A stretch of DNA of 64,000 bases from Alphaproteobacteria bacterium (GCA_965214705.1 CBDCCI010000002.1:2752001-2816000); one strand, 5' to 3'; shown: positions 8,870-21,089, numbered from the stretch's first letter. The notes: generated by a model from the sequence alone, not told the origin. Program-made: numbers and translations.

Positions 8870-9697
8870 CTATCGGTAGGGCGAAAGCTCGGCCGGTAAC
8901 TCGTAGGACTCCCGCAGCCGGCGGTACTTGCCGGTGGCGACCATGGCGGCGACCGCGTGCTCGACCGCGTGGTGCAGCTTGTCGTTGTCCGCCCTGATGG
9001 CGAAGCCCACCTCGCGCACCGGGCGGAACACGCCGTCGACCAGGCGGTTGCGCGCGTGGGGATCGGCGTCGACCGCCACCGCGCTCACGGTCTGGATGAA
9101 GTAGCCCTGGGCGTGGCCCATGGAGACGGGGAAGTGGGTCCAGCGCTCGTCGGGGAAGGAGTGAACGTGCATGGGCGCGCGGCCCTCGGCCTCGAACTCC
9201 CGGTTGAGGGCGTGGGCGAACTGCTCTCCCGTCGAGCCCGAAGTAACAGAGGTGACCCGGCCGCTCAGGTCGCCCGTCTCGCGGATGCGGAACGGGTTGC
9301 CGCGCAGCACCATCAGGTGATCGCCGACCACCAGATAGGGCACGGTCTTGATGTCCGCCGGCTCCCTCTCCATGGCGAGCGTGTTGGCGACGTCCACCTC
9401 GCCTGCTGCCAGCGCCGCCGCCAGCTTCGCGCGCGGCAGGCGGACGACCTCCAGCACGAGCCCGTGGGCCTCGGCGACCGCCTGCGCCATCTCGACCTCG
9501 AAGCCTCGCACCACACCGTCCCTCTTGTAAGCGAAGGGCTGGCCGGTGAGCGCGATGCCCACGGTCAGCGTGTTCCTGCTGTGCAGCGCCTGGTTCAGAT
9601 CGACGTAGTGCGCCGAGGCCATCGCCGGCGCGGCGACGAGCAAGAGCAGGAACAGTGCGAGTCTGCGGACCCTGCGTGCCATGGCGGTCCCCTTCAT
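8870..9697 (-). CDS. Polar amino acid ABC transporter substrate-binding protein (family 3)
   Basis: Signal peptide; TLTVGI...PFAY...GFEVEMAQAVA...LAAGEVDV pattern. Confidence 0.8.
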   Translation of the reverse strand: MKGTAMARRVRRLALFLLLLVAAPAMASAHYVDLNQALHSRNTLTVGIALTGQPFAYKRDGVVRGFEVEMAQAVAEAHGLVLEVVRLPRAKLAAALAAGEVDVANTLAMEREPADIKTVPYLVVGDHLMVLRGNPFRIRETGDLSGRVTSVTSGSTGEQFAHALNREFEAEGRAPMHVHSFPDERWTHFPVSMGHAQGYFIQTVSAVAVDADPHARNRLVDGVFRPVREVGFAIRADNDKLHHAVEHAVAAMVATGKYRRLRESYELPAELSPYR

Positions 9698-10932
9698 GGT
9701 TCGTGCGGCGGCGGCGCGGCCTCTGACGTGTCCGCCTCCTCGGGCGGCGGGCCGGCGCCGCGGTGCACCAGAGCCGCCAGAAGCTCGGCGGCGCCAATCA
9801 CGCCGACCAACCGCCCGCCGTCGTCGAGCAGTGGCATCGCCCGCCCGGTTTCGTGGCGCACCTCAAGCGCGGTGCGCATGGTCGTCGCGGGGCTGCCGGC
9901 GACGATCGTGCCGTTGCCGAGCGAGGCAAGATCGAGGCCGTCACGGTACGGCACGAGCACGGCCCGCGTGCCTTCGAGGCTGAACGCCTCGGGGCGCCCG
10001 TCCGCGTCCAGCCGGCAGAACATGGCCGATGCCTCGTCAAGCAGGTGAACGTCGTCCTCGCTGCGGAGCTCGGCCAGCGGGCGCATCAACGTGATGCCGC
10101 GCAGGACGTTGAGCGGATTCACGTTGGCGACGAACTGGCGCACGTACTCGTCCGCCGGCTCGGTGACGATCTGCTCCGGCGGCCCGACCTGGATGATGCG
10201 TCCGCCCTCCATGATGGCGATGCGCGTGCCGATCTTGAGCGCCTCGTCGAGGTCGTGGCTCACGAACAGGATGGTGCGGCGCAGCGTCTCCTGCAACGCC
10301 AGCAGCTCGTCCTGCAGGCGTTCGCGGATCAGCGGATCGAGGGCGGAGAAGGGCTCGTCCATGAGCAGGATTTCGGCATCGGTGGCGAAGGCGCGGGCGA
10401 GGCCCACGCGCTGCTGCATGCCGCCGGAAAGCTCGTGCGGGTAGTGGTCGAGCCACGAGCCGAGCCCCACCTGGTCCAGCACCTCCGCCACCCGCTTGCG
10501 GCGCTCGGCCTTGGGCACGCCGCGCACCTCCAGCCCGAAGGCGACGTTGGCGCCGATGGTGCGCCACGGCATCAGCGCGAACTGCTGGAAGACCATGGAG
10601 ACGCGGTCCATGCGCAGCCTGCGCATGAGCTTGGGGTCGCAGTCGGTGACGTCGATCTCGGTGCCGCCGTCGTCGATCAGGACCCGGCCGCGCGTGGCCT
10701 GGTTGAGCCCGTTGACGCAGCGCAGCAGGGTCGACTTGCCGGAGCCCGAGAGCCCCATGAGGACGAATATCTCGCCGGCCTCGACCTGGAGCGAGGCGTC
10801 CTGCACGCCGACCACCTGGCCGGTCTCTTCGAAGATGCGGTCCTTGTCGGCGCCGGCATCGAGCAAGGCAATCGCCTCCTTGACCCGCCGGCCAAAGATG
10901 ACATCGACCCGGTCGAAGGTGATGACGGCCAT
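9694..10932 (-). CDS. choV: Choline/glycine betaine ABC transporter ATP-binding protein
   Basis: Walker A GLSGSGKST, LSGGMQQRVGLARA, LLMDEPFSALDPLIR; start coupled to choW stop. Confidence 0.88.
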   Translation of the reverse strand: MAVITFDRVDVIFGRRVKEAIALLDAGADKDRIFEETGQVVGVQDASLQVEAGEIFVLMGLSGSGKSTLLRCVNGLNQATRGRVLIDDGGTEIDVTDCDPKLMRRLRMDRVSMVFQQFALMPWRTIGANVAFGLEVRGVPKAERRKRVAEVLDQVGLGSWLDHYPHELSGGMQQRVGLARAFATDAEILLMDEPFSALDPLIRERLQDELLALQETLRRTILFVSHDLDEALKIGTRIAIMEGGRIIQVGPPEQIVTEPADEYVRQFVANVNPLNVLRGITLMRPLAELRSEDDVHLLDEASAMFCRLDADGRPEAFSLEGTRAVLVPYRDGLDLASLGNGTIVAGSPATTMRTALEVRHETGRAMPLLDDGGRLVGVIGAAELLAALVHRGAGPPPEEADTSEAAPPPHEP

Positions 10933-11807
10933 CAGCGTGCTGCGGTGCCGCGCTTGCCCTTGCGCCTCTCGACCTGCTTCAGGATGCGATCGAGCACGAT
11001 GGCGACGACCACGATGGCCAGTCCGGCCTCGAAGCCCTGGGCGACGTTGACCGTGGTGAGCGCGCGGACCACCGGCACGCCGAGGCCGTCGGCGCCCACC
11101 AGCGCGGCGATCACCACCATCGAGAGCGAGAGCATGATGCACTGGGTCACCCCCTGCATGATGCTCGGCATCGCGTGAGGAAGCTCAACCTTGAGCAGGA
11201 GCTGCGTGTCGCTGGCGCCGAAGGCGCGGCCCGCCTCCAGCAGCGGCCGGGGCGCGCTGGAGATGCCGAGATGGGTGAGACGAATGGGCGCCGGGATGGC
11301 GAAGATCACGGTGGAGATCAGCCCCGGCACCAGGCCCAGCCCGAAGAAGGTGAGCGTTGGGATCAGATAGACGAAGGGCGGGATGGTCTGCATCAGGTCG
11401 AGGATCGGCCGCAGCATCCGGTAGAGCCAGGGCCGGTGCGCCGCGGCGATGCCGATGGGCACGCCCACCAGGATGCAGACGACGGTGGACGCCGAGACCA
11501 GCACCACCGTGAACAGCATCTCGTCCCAGTAGCCGATGTTGAGGACCAGTAGCAGCCCGATGACCACGCCGATCACGAGCACGATGCTGCGATGCAGATA
11601 AAAGGCGACAGCCGCCACGAGGAAGACAAAGACCGGCGGCGGGATCAGACCGAGGAAGTAGGCGAAGGCTTCGAGCACCCAGTCCAGGCCGCCGGAGAAC
11701 GCTCGGAGCTCGTGGAAGAAGTTGTCCTTGATGAACTCGATTGCGTTGGCGACCCACTTGCCGATCGGAATTTTCTCGGTAAGGACTCCGAGATCGTCGG
11801 TGCCCAT
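10932..11807 (-). CDS. choW: Choline/glycine betaine ABC transporter permease
   Basis: PILDLMQTIPPFVYLIP, EAGRAFGAS, KVELPHAMPSIM ProW-family motifs. Confidence 0.88.
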   Translation of the reverse strand: MGTDDLGVLTEKIPIGKWVANAIEFIKDNFFHELRAFSGGLDWVLEAFAYFLGLIPPPVFVFLVAAVAFYLHRSIVLVIGVVIGLLLVLNIGYWDEMLFTVVLVSASTVVCILVGVPIGIAAAHRPWLYRMLRPILDLMQTIPPFVYLIPTLTFFGLGLVPGLISTVIFAIPAPIRLTHLGISSAPRPLLEAGRAFGASDTQLLLKVELPHAMPSIMQGVTQCIMLSLSMVVIAALVGADGLGVPVVRALTTVNVAQGFEAGLAIVVVAIVLDRILKQVERRKGKRGTAAR

Positions 11808-11903
11808 GACGCCCCTCCCCGACCGGACGGGACAGGCGGCCGGCGCCTCTCAGCGCCGACCGCCCGCAGACTCGGCCCGCTGGACCGCCCGCGTAATCGG
11901 TCG

Positions 11904-12854
11904 CTACATGCCGAGATGGGCCTTCACGGCAGCCGCGCCATCCTGGCCGTCAAGCGTGGTCACGCCCGTGAGCCACTCGTCGACCAGCTCGGGGTGCATC
12001 TCGACGAGCTTCCGGGCGGCCGCCTGCGGGTCCATCCCGTCGTCGAGCATATAGCCCATCATCTCGTTCTCAAGCGCCAACGAGAAGCGCATGTTCTTCA
12101 GCAGCGCGCCCACGTTGGGGCAGGCCTCTGTGTAGCCGGCGTGGGCCAGCGTGTAGACCGTGGCGCCGCCGAAGTTGGCGCCGAAGTAGTCGTCGCCGCC
12201 GTCGAGATAGCTCATGTCGAAGCGGCGGTTCATGGGATGCGGCTCCCAACCGAGGAAAACGATCCACTCGTCGCTCCTGACTGCGGCCTCCACCTGGGAG
12301 AGCATGCCCTGCTCGCTCGATTCCACGACCTCGAAGCCGCTGAGGCCGAAGGCGTTGTCGTCGATCATGCCCTGGATGATCATGTTGCCGTCGTTGCCGG
12401 GCTCGATGCCGTAGAACTTGCTGTCGAACTTGTCGGCATGGGCGGCGATGTCGCCGAAGGTCTTGACCCCTGCCTCGAAAACATAGGTGGGCACGGCGAG
12501 GGTGTACTTGGCGCCCTCGAGATTGACGCCCACGTTCTCGACGGTGCCGTCGTTGAAGTAGGGGTCGATCATGCTCTGCTGGGTCGGCAGCCAGAGCCCG
12601 AGAAATGCGTCGATATCGCCGTTGGAAAGGCTGGCGAAGGTCACCGGCACCGAAAGCACGGTCGCCTTCGGCTCATAGCCGAGCCCTTCGAGGACGGTGG
12701 TTGCCACGGCGGTGGTCGCCGTGATGCAGCTCCAGCCGACATCCGAGAATTCCACCTCGCTGCAGGTGGCGGCGTCGTCGGCGTAGGCATTGCCCGCCAT
12801 GGCCGCGGCGCCCATGGCGACGGCGGCGATTGCAGATGTCATCCGAATGTGCAT
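11904..12854 (-). CDS. choX: Choline ABC transporter substrate-binding protein
   Basis: Signal peptide; FSDVGW, FLGLWLP, GIEPGNDGN, FLGWEPHPMN; GAGGGAGG RBS before ATG 12854. Confidence 0.88.
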   Translation of the reverse strand: MHIRMTSAIAAVAMGAAAMAGNAYADDAATCSEVEFSDVGWSCITATTAVATTVLEGLGYEPKATVLSVPVTFASLSNGDIDAFLGLWLPTQQSMIDPYFNDGTVENVGVNLEGAKYTLAVPTYVFEAGVKTFGDIAAHADKFDSKFYGIEPGNDGNMIIQGMIDDNAFGLSGFEVVESSEQGMLSQVEAAVRSDEWIVFLGWEPHPMNRRFDMSYLDGGDDYFGANFGGATVYTLAHAGYTEACPNVGALLKNMRFSLALENEMMGYMLDDGMDPQAAARKLVEMHPELVDEWLTGVTTLDGQDGAAAVKAHLGM

Positions 12855-12901
12855 TGAACCCTCCCTCACGCTCGCTTCGTTCAGGCGACTCTCGCAATCT
12901 T

Positions 12902-12930
12902 TTGTTGATTGGTCAACCAACCAATATAAT
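12902..12930 (+). promoter_or_regulatory. sigma70 promoter of betI with overlapping BetI-type operator
   Basis: TTGTTG-N17-TATAAT; near-palindrome GTTGATTG-GT-CAACCAAC (12904-12921) between divergent choX and betI. Confidence 0.7.
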
Positions 12931-12953
12931 GGTCCCGAGTACAGGAGTAGCCG

Positions 12954-13535
12954 ATGCCAAAGACCGGAATGGCGCCCGTGCGCCGACGTGCCTTCGTGGA
13001 GGCCGCGATCAGGAGCATTCACGACCGCGGGTTCGTCGACCTGACCACCGGCGATGTCGCGCGCGAGGCCGGCCTCTCCCAGGGGCTGGTCCATCACTAC
13101 TTCGGCTCCAAGGGCGCGCTCATCATCGCCACCATGCGCCACCTCCTGATCGAGTTCGGCGCCGGCATCAGGGAGCGCCTGCGCGAAGCCAAGACCCCGC
13201 GCGAGCGGCTTTCCGCGATCATGGACGGCAGCTTCTGCGACGAGCAGCTCCAGCCCGAGGTGATCTCCGCCTGGCTCACCTTCTACGTGCAGGCCCTTAC
13301 AGAGCCGGAGGTGCGCCGCTTGCTGCTCATCTACCAACGCCGGCTGATCAGCAACCTGCGTCACGAGTACCGGCAGTTGCCGACGCGGGAGACGGCGGAA
13401 ATCGCCGCCGAATCCACCGCGGCCATGATCGACGGGCTGTGGCTCCGCCGCGTTCTCGGTGACACGGAGCCCCACGGCGAGAGCGCGATGGCAATCATGG
13501 AAGCGCACATCGACAGTCAGCTCGAGTCCTTTTGA
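12954..13535 (+). CDS. betI: TetR-family transcriptional repressor BetI
   Basis: MPKTGMAPVRR, HHYFGSK, AWLTFY, YQRRLISNL, IDGLWLR. Confidence 0.93.
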   Translation: MPKTGMAPVRRRAFVEAAIRSIHDRGFVDLTTGDVAREAGLSQGLVHHYFGSKGALIIATMRHLLIEFGAGIRERLREAKTPRERLSAIMDGSFCDEQLQPEVISAWLTFYVQALTEPEVRRLLLIYQRRLISNLRHEYRQLPTRETAEIAAESTAAMIDGLWLRRVLGDTEPHGESAMAIMEAHIDSQLESF

Positions 13536-13537
13536 TG

Positions 13538-13624
13538 TCCCTCAAGCGCCGGGCGCTCACTCCGTTCGCTTGGCTCCGCGCTACGCGCGCGGCGCGGTCG
13601 CGCCGTCCGGGCCTTCGGCCCGGT
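13538..13624. repeat. ~87-bp REP/MITE-like repeat, copy A
   Basis: 83/87 identical to 23817-23903; related copies at 57291-57379 and 59565-59635; terminal hairpin CCGGGCC-TTC-GGCCCGG. Confidence 0.85.
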
Positions 13625-13673
13625 GCTCCTAACCGAGCGGCGGCGGGCGCGTGATCGCGATAACCGCAGCTCG

Positions 13674-15344
13674 ATGACCGCCCGCTTCGACGACGAGTTC
13701 GACTATGTAGTCGTGGGATCGGGGTCCGCCGGCTGTGTGCTCGCCGCGCGGCTCTCCGAAGACGAGCGCAATCGCGTGCTGGTGCTGGAGCACGGCGGGA
13801 CCGACGCCGGCCCGCTTATTCAGATGCCGGCTGCCCTCTCCTACCCCATGAACATGCCCCGCTACGACTGGGGCTTCGTGACCGAGCCCGAGCCGCACCT
13901 CGGCGGGCGGCGGCTTGCGACGCCGCGCGGCAAGGTGATCGGCGGCTCCTCCTCCATCAACGGCATGGTCTACGTGCGCGGCAACGCCTGCGACTTCGAC
14001 ACCTGGGAGGAGCTGGGCGCGGCGGGCTGGGGCTACCGCCACGTGCTGCCCTACTACCGGCGCATGGAACATTCCCATGGCGGGCAGGCCGGCTGGCGCG
14101 GCAGCGACGGCCCCCTCCATGTCACCCGCGGGCCGATGGAGAACCCGCTTTACCGGAGCTTCGTCAAGGCGGGCGAGCAAGCCGGCTACGCCATGACCGC
14201 CGACTACAACGGCGAGCGCCAGGAAGGTTTCGGGGCGATGGAGATGACCGTGTGGCGCGGCCGCCGCTGGTCAGCCGCCAACGCCTATCTCAAGCCCGCG
14301 CTGCAGCGCCGCAACCTGGTGCTCCGGTCGCGGGCCCACGTCCGCCGCGTGGTGATGGAGGACCGGCGCGCGGTCGGCGTCGAGTACGAGACCGGCGGCA
14401 CGGTCCATCGCGTGCGCGCGAACGCCGAGGTCATCCTCGCCGCCTCCTCGATCAACTCGCCGAAGCTGCTCATGCTCTCCGGCATCGGCCCGGCGGAGCA
14501 CCTGCAGGAGCACGGCATCGAGGTCGTGGCCGACCGGCCCGGCGTCGGCGCCAACCTGCAGGACCATCTGGAAATCTACCTGCAAGTGAAGTGCCGGCAG
14601 CCGATCACGCTCTATCGCCACTGGAACCTGTTCTCCAAGGCGGTGATCGGGGCGCGCTGGCTCATGTTCAGGGACGGGCTCGGCGCCACCAATCACTTCG
14701 AATCCTGCGGCTTCATTCGCTCCCGCGCCGGCGTGAGGTACCCGAACATCCAGTACCATTTTCTGCCCTTCGCGGTGCGCTACGACGGCAAGGCCGCCGC
14801 CGAGGGCCACGGCTTCCAAACCCATGTCGGGCCGATGCGCTCGAAGTCTCGTGGCCGGGTGCGGCTCGCGTCGTCCGAGCCCGCGGCGGCGCCCTCGATC
14901 CTCTTCAACTACATGTCCCACGAGGATGACTGGCAGATTTTTCGGGCCTGCATCCGGCTGACCCGGGAAATCCTCTCCCAGCCCGCGCTCGCCGATTACA
15001 CCGGCGAGGAAATCGCGCCAGGCGCGCAGGTGCAGAGCGACGAGGACATCGACGAATTCGTGAAGGGCGCCGTGGAGAGCGCCTACCATCCCTGCGGCAC
15101 CTGCCGCATGGGCGCGGCTAACGATGCCGACGCGGTGGTGGACCCGGCCTGTCGCGTCATCGGCGTGGACGGGCTGCGCGTGGCCGACAGCTCGATCTTC
15201 CCGCACATCACCAACGGCAACCTCAACGCGCCTTCCATCATGGTGGGCGAGAAGGCGTCGGACCACATCCTCGGCCGCGAGCCGCTGCCGCCGGCCAACG
15301 ACGTGCCCTGGGTCCACCCCGACTGGGAGCACCAGCAGCGCTAG
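13674..15344 (+). CDS. betA: Choline dehydrogenase (GMC oxidoreductase)
   Basis: GSGSAG FAD motif, [52 protein letters not shown]. Confidence 0.95.
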   Translation: MTARFDDEFDYVVVGSGSAGCVLAARLSEDERNRVLVLEHGGTDAGPLIQMPAALSYPMNMPRYDWGFVTEPEPHLGGRRLATPRGKVIGGSSSINGMVYVRGNACDFDTWEELGAAGWGYRHVLPYYRRMEHSHGGQAGWRGSDGPLHVTRGPMENPLYRSFVKAGEQAGYAMTADYNGERQEGFGAMEMTVWRGRRWSAANAYLKPALQRRNLVLRSRAHVRRVVMEDRRAVGVEYETGGTVHRVRANAEVILAASSINSPKLLMLSGIGPAEHLQEHGIEVVADRPGVGANLQDHLEIYLQVKCRQPITLYRHWNLFSKAVIGARWLMFRDGLGATNHFESCGFIRSRAGVRYPNIQYHFLPFAVRYDGKAAAEGHGFQTHVGPMRSKSRGRVRLASSEPAAAPSILFNYMSHEDDWQIFRACIRLTREILSQPALADYTGEEIAPGAQVQSDEDIDEFVKGAVESAYHPCGTCRMGAANDADAVVDPACRVIGVDGLRVADSSIFPHITNGNLNAPSIMVGEKASDHILGREPLPPANDVPWVHPDWEHQQR

Positions 15345-15433
15345 GGTCGTGTGCGGTGTTGCCCGCGTCTGCACCCGGTGAGACAGTGGGCTGAAATCGA
15401 TTCGCAACTGACGACAGCGACAAGGAGGGAGCG

Positions 15434-16542
<1,109 letters not shown>

Positions 16543-16543
<1 letters not shown>

Positions 16544-18393
16544 TGGCGCTGGGCAGGGACGCCAACGGGCGCCCCCGCCGCCGGGCGGCGCCCCGGTGGC
16601 TGCTGCCGGCGGCGGCACTGGTCGCGCTGGCGCTGGCGAGCGCGCCGGCCCTGGCGGCGTCCACCCACGGAATCGCGATGCATGGGGCGCCGAAGTACGG
16701 CCCCGACTTCCAGCATCTCGACTATGTCAACCCGCATGCGCCCAAGGGCGGCGAGCTTCGGCGTGCCGTCACGGGCACCTTCGATAGTCTCAATCCGTTC
16801 ATCATCAAGGGCGTGGCAGCGCCGGGGCGGCACCTTACCTTCGAGAGCCTGCTCAAGCGCACCTGGGACGAGCCCTTCTCCCTCTACGGGCTGATCGCTG
16901 AATCGGTGGAGGTGCCGGACGACCGCTCGTCCGTCCTGTTCCGCCTGCGGCCGGAAGCGCACTTCCACGACGGCAGCCCGATCACGGTCGACGACGTGAT
17001 TTTCTCGTGGGAGACGCTGAAGGAGCAGGGCCGCCCCAACCACCGGCTCTACTACAACAAGGTGCGGAAGATCGAACGGCCGGACGAGCGCTCGGTGCAC
17101 TTTTTCTTCGATACCGAGACGCCGGACCGCGAGCTGCCACTGATCCTCGGGCTCATGCCGATCATCTCGAAGGCCTACTATTCGTCGGTCACGTTCGAGG
17201 AGACGACGCTGACGCCGCCGCTCGGCAGCGGTCCCTACAAGATCGAGAGCGTCGATGCCGGCCGCGGCATCGTCTACCGCCGCGATCCCGACTACTGGGG
17301 TCGGAACCTGCCGATCAACCAGGGGCAGCACAACTTCGACCGCATCAGCTACGACTACTACCGCGACGACGAAGTGATGATGGAAGCGTTCCGCGCGGGC
17401 GAGTACGACCTGCGCCTGGAACGCTCGGCGACTCGGTGGGCGACCGGCTACGATTTCCCGGCGGTGGAAGACGGCCGGGTCACCATCGAGCAGCTGCCGC
17501 ACGGACGTCCTTCCGGCATGTTCGCGCTGGTCTTCAACACGCGGCGGCCGATGTTCGAGGATCGCGCGGTGCGCTACGCGCTCTCGCTCGCCTTCGATTT
17601 CGAGTGGGTGAACCGGGCGCTGCTGCAGGGCGCCTACGTGCGCACCAACAGCATCTTCGACAACTCGGAGCTTGGCTCGCGCGGCCTGCCGGAAGGCGGC
17701 GAGCTGGCCCTGCTGGAGCCCCATCGCGATCGGCTCTGGCCCGAGGTGTTCGATACCGCCTATCACGCACCCGAGGTGGAGGGCGGCCTGCGCAAGAATC
17801 TCGGGACAGCCAGGCGCCTGCTCGCCAAGGCGGGATGGGAGGTGCAGGACGGGACGCTCCGGCGGGCGGCGGATGGCCTTCCGCTCGCGTTCGAGATCCT
17901 GTTGGTGAATCCGGGGAACGAGAAAATCGGGCTCGCCTACGCGCGCAATCTCGAGCGGCTCGGCGTCGAGGCCAAGGTGCGCACGGTGGACACGGCGCAG
18001 TACCAATACCGGCGCAACGTCTACGACTTCGACATGATCATCTATCGCTGGGGCATGTCGCTCTCGCCGGGCAACGAGCAGGCGTTCTACTGGGGCGCCG
18101 AGGCCGCGGACCAGGAGGGCACACGCAACTATCCGGGGATCAGGGACCCGGTCGTCGACGACCTTATCGCCCGCATGACCCAGGCGCGGGAGCGCGAGGA
18201 CTTCGTCGACACCATCCGCGCCATGGACCGGGTGATTCTGTGGGGGCACTACCTCCTCCCCCTCTATCACCTGAACGACGACCGCTACGCCTATTGGAGC
18301 AAGTTCGGCCGGCCCGATGTGATACCGGTCTATGGCACCGTTCTCGATGCGTGGTGGGAGGAGCCCGGCAAGGCCGAAACGCTCGACCGCTGA
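16543..18393 (+). CDS. ABC transporter substrate-binding protein family 5 (YejA-like)
   Basis: HGIAMHGAPKYGPDFQHLDYVNPHAPKGG, GTFDSLNPFIIKG, PLGSGPY. Confidence 0.88.
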
Positions 18394-18526
18394 CGAGCGG
18401 GCCCCCCTCCTCCGCCGTCTCTTATGCCGCATCAGATCGCGGCTCGGCGCGGTTGATGCGCCCGGCCGCTGGCCCTACGTTGTGGCGCCACGACACATCA
18501 ATCCACGGACCAAAGGGAGATCGTCG

Positions 18527-19714
18527 ATGTTGAAACGAATGGTGGGCGCCGTCATGGCCGGCGCACTCGTCGCCGGCGGAGCGACCGCCGTGCAGGCGGA
18601 CGACCACGAGATCGTGGTCGGCTTCGCCGTCTCGACCAGCGGCTGGCAGGCGGCCTACACCGGCCCCGCGACGCTCGCGGCGCAGATCAGGCTCGAGGAG
18701 ATCAACGCCGCCGGCGGGCTGCTCGGCAAGCAGCTCGTGATCGCGCAGGCAGACTCGAAGTCCGAGCGTGAGGAAGGCGTCAAGGCGGGTCAGATCGTCA
18801 TCGACGATGGCGCCAGCGTGGTCTTCGTCGACTGCGACTTCGACATGGGCGCGCCCGCGGCCAACGTGGCGCAGAACGCGGGCCTGATCTCGTTCTTCCT
18901 CTGCGCCGGCGACGCCAAGGCCGGCATCGAGGGCATCGGCCCCTTCGCCTTCACCGGCGGTCAGGCGGCGCATCTCGACGGCGCCTCCATCGCCACTTAC
19001 GCCTACGATAATCGCGGCGCGCGCACGGCCTACCTGCTGCGTGACGACACCATCGAGTACAACAAGTCGGTCTGTGCCGGCTTCGAGTGGGCCTGGCCGC
19101 GCATGGAAGGCACCACGATGCTGGGCCTCGACGTGTTCCAGAACAACGACCCATCGATCCAGGGCCAAATCGACCGCATCAAAGCCCTCGACACGAAGCC
19201 TGACGTGATCGCCGTCTGCTCCTACGTGCCGGGCGCTGCGTCCGCCATCAAGCAGATGCGGGCATCTGGCATCGAGACGCTGATCGTCTCGGGCGTCGCG
19301 ATGGACGGCCACTACTGGCTCGACGCCGTGCCCAATCTCAGCAACTTCTGTGCGGCGGCGTTCAGCTCGCTGTACGGCGGTGCCGGCGAGGAGGTGGAGG
19401 CGTTCTTCAAGAAGCTGGAGGCCAAGGAAGGCGAGCCGACCGCCACCTCGCTCCCCATCGCGGGCTACGTGCTGATGGACCTCTGGGCCAAGGCGGTCGA
19501 GAGCGCCGGCACGGTGGATTCGGCGGCGGTCACGGCCGAGATGGAGAAGTTCACGGACGAGCCGACGCTGATGGGCCCGCGCAGCTTCTCCGACCAGCTC
19601 CACATCCAGGACAAGGCGCGGTACGCCATCATCTGCACCGATGACGGCAAGCCACGGATGGAGGGCTACGTGACGGCAGGCCCGATTCCGAAGGACGTCA
19701 TTCTCAAGAACTAG
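18527..19714 (+). CDS. Branched-chain amino acid-type ABC substrate-binding protein
   Basis: Signal peptide; EEINAAGGLLGKQL LivK-family motif; AAGGGAG RBS. Confidence 0.85.
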   Translation: MLKRMVGAVMAGALVAGGATAVQADDHEIVVGFAVSTSGWQAAYTGPATLAAQIRLEEINAAGGLLGKQLVIAQADSKSEREEGVKAGQIVIDDGASVVFVDCDFDMGAPAANVAQNAGLISFFLCAGDAKAGIEGIGPFAFTGGQAAHLDGASIATYAYDNRGARTAYLLRDDTIEYNKSVCAGFEWAWPRMEGTTMLGLDVFQNNDPSIQGQIDRIKALDTKPDVIAVCSYVPGAASAIKQMRASGIETLIVSGVAMDGHYWLDAVPNLSNFCAAAFSSLYGGAGEEVEAFFKKLEAKEGEPTATSLPIAGYVLMDLWAKAVESAGTVDSAAVTAEMEKFTDEPTLMGPRSFSDQLHIQDKARYAIICTDDGKPRMEGYVTAGPIPKDVILKN

Positions 19715-19722
19715 CACTCGAA

Positions 19723-19754
19723 GCGGGGTCCGCGGCCAGCGCTGTGGACCCCGC
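19723..19754 (+). terminator. GC-rich hairpin after the SBP gene (terminator or stabiliser)
   Basis: GCGGGGTCCGCGGC / GCTGTGGACCCCGC stem with G-U pairs; no U tract. Confidence 0.4.
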
Positions 19755-19801
19755 AATCCGCGCTGGATGGCGGCGCGCGTAAGGAAAAAAGGGAGACAGT
19801 T

Positions 19802-20275
19802 ATGGCGGCAAGCGACCTGGAACGCCGCGTCGAAACCCTCGAATCGGTCGAGGCGATCAAGCGGCTGAAGCACCAGTACTGCGCCTATTGCGATGACGGC
19901 TACGACGCCGATGGCATCGCCGGGCAGTTCGTCGAGGATGGAATCTGGGATGGCGGCGAGGATTTTGGCCGTCACGAGGGCCGCGATGCGATCCATGCGC
20001 ACTTCGCGCGGGTCTCCTCGCAGATCGTCTTCGCCGGCCACCTGGTGATGAACGAGATCATCGACGTGGACCTGGATAACGACAGCGCTCGCGGGCACTG
20101 GTGGATCATCATGCCGGCGACCATCATGATGGAGGGCGTGAAGACGGCGGTCTGGCTCCTCGGCGAATACGAGGACCACTACGTGCGCCGCGACGGCACC
20201 TGGCTGTACCAGACGCTGACCGTCGACATCCACTTCGTGAAGCCGCACAAGGACGGCTGGGTGGACGCAGAATGA
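19802..20275 (+). CDS. NTF2/SnoaL-like protein (BaiE/LinA superfamily)
   Basis: LESVEAIKRLKHQYCAYCD, GHLVMNEIIDV, GEYEDHYVRRDGTWLY. Confidence 0.85.
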   Translation: MAASDLERRVETLESVEAIKRLKHQYCAYCDDGYDADGIAGQFVEDGIWDGGEDFGRHEGRDAIHAHFARVSSQIVFAGHLVMNEIIDVDLDNDSARGHWWIIMPATIMMEGVKTAVWLLGEYEDHYVRRDGTWLYQTLTVDIHFVKPHKDGWVDAE

Positions 20276-20736
20276 GCGCGACTCTGGAAGAGCGCATCCA
20301 GCGGCTCGAGGACATCGAGGCCATTCGCCGCCTCAAGTACCGCTACATGTCCTACGCGGACGACGGCTACGACGCAGACGGCATCGTGACGCTGATGACG
20401 CCCGACGCGGTCTGGGACGGCGGCGAGGCCTTCGGCCGGCAGGAGAGCGCCGAGGCCTTCGGCAACATGGTGCGCGAGGTCGGCAAGCAGATCAGCTTCG
20501 CCGCCCATCTGGCGCTGAACGAGATCATCGACGTGGACGGCGACACCGCACGCGGCCAGTGGTGGCTGCTCATGCCGTGCACGGCGCTGAACGAGGACGG
20601 CAAGGACGAGGCGCGCTGGATTTTCGCGAGCTACGACGACCGGCTGGTGAAGCGCGACGGCCGGTGGCTCTTCGCCCACACGATCTTCGACGTGAAGACC
20701 TTCTGCGCCCACAAGGACGGCTGGGCGGAGGCGTAG
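20272..20736 (+). CDS. NTF2/SnoaL-like protein, paralog
   Basis: LEDIEAIRRLKYRYMSYAD, AHLALNEIIDV, YDDRLVKRDGRWLF; ATGA overlap. Confidence 0.85.
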   Translation: MSATLEERIQRLEDIEAIRRLKYRYMSYADDGYDADGIVTLMTPDAVWDGGEAFGRQESAEAFGNMVREVGKQISFAAHLALNEIIDVDGDTARGQWWLLMPCTALNEDGKDEARWIFASYDDRLVKRDGRWLFAHTIFDVKTFCAHKDGWAEA

Positions 20737-20767
20737 CGAGGCTCAGAAACGGGCGGGTTTCCTCTCC

Positions 20768-21061
20768 TCACGCCACGTCGCGCGGACGAATCGCGCGCAA
20801 GGCGTCGGAATTCGCCCGCTCGGCGATATCCAGCTCGTAGCGGTCCTGAAGGTTCATCCAGCTCCGGGCATCGGTGTTGAAGTACCGAGCCAGGCGCAGC
20901 GCGGTCTCGGCCGTGATGCCGCGGCGCCCGCGCACGATCTCGTTGATCCGCGCCGGCGTCACGCCGATCGCCTTAGCCAGCGCCGTGGCCGAGAGCCCGA
21001 ATGGCTCCATGAAGTCGTGCTTCAACACCTCGCCCGGGTGAACCGGCTCCAATCGGGTCAT
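20768..21061 (-). CDS. higA: HigA-family antitoxin (HTH XRE)
   Basis: PVHPGEVL...LAKAIGVTPARINEIVRGRRGITAETALRLARYF...WMNLQ. Confidence 0.9.
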   Translation of the reverse strand: MTRLEPVHPGEVLKHDFMEPFGLSATALAKAIGVTPARINEIVRGRRGITAETALRLARYFNTDARSWMNLQDRYELDIAERANSDALRAIRPRDVA

Positions 21062-21089
21062 GATCGCCGCCTCCGCTCCCAATCGCGGC

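Noticed and set aside
8336-8997. ORFs with LMFC/HETK/MRQN/SHVL repeats
   Set aside because: By-products of a stop-free 12-bp repeat; only the tail after 8756 looks coding
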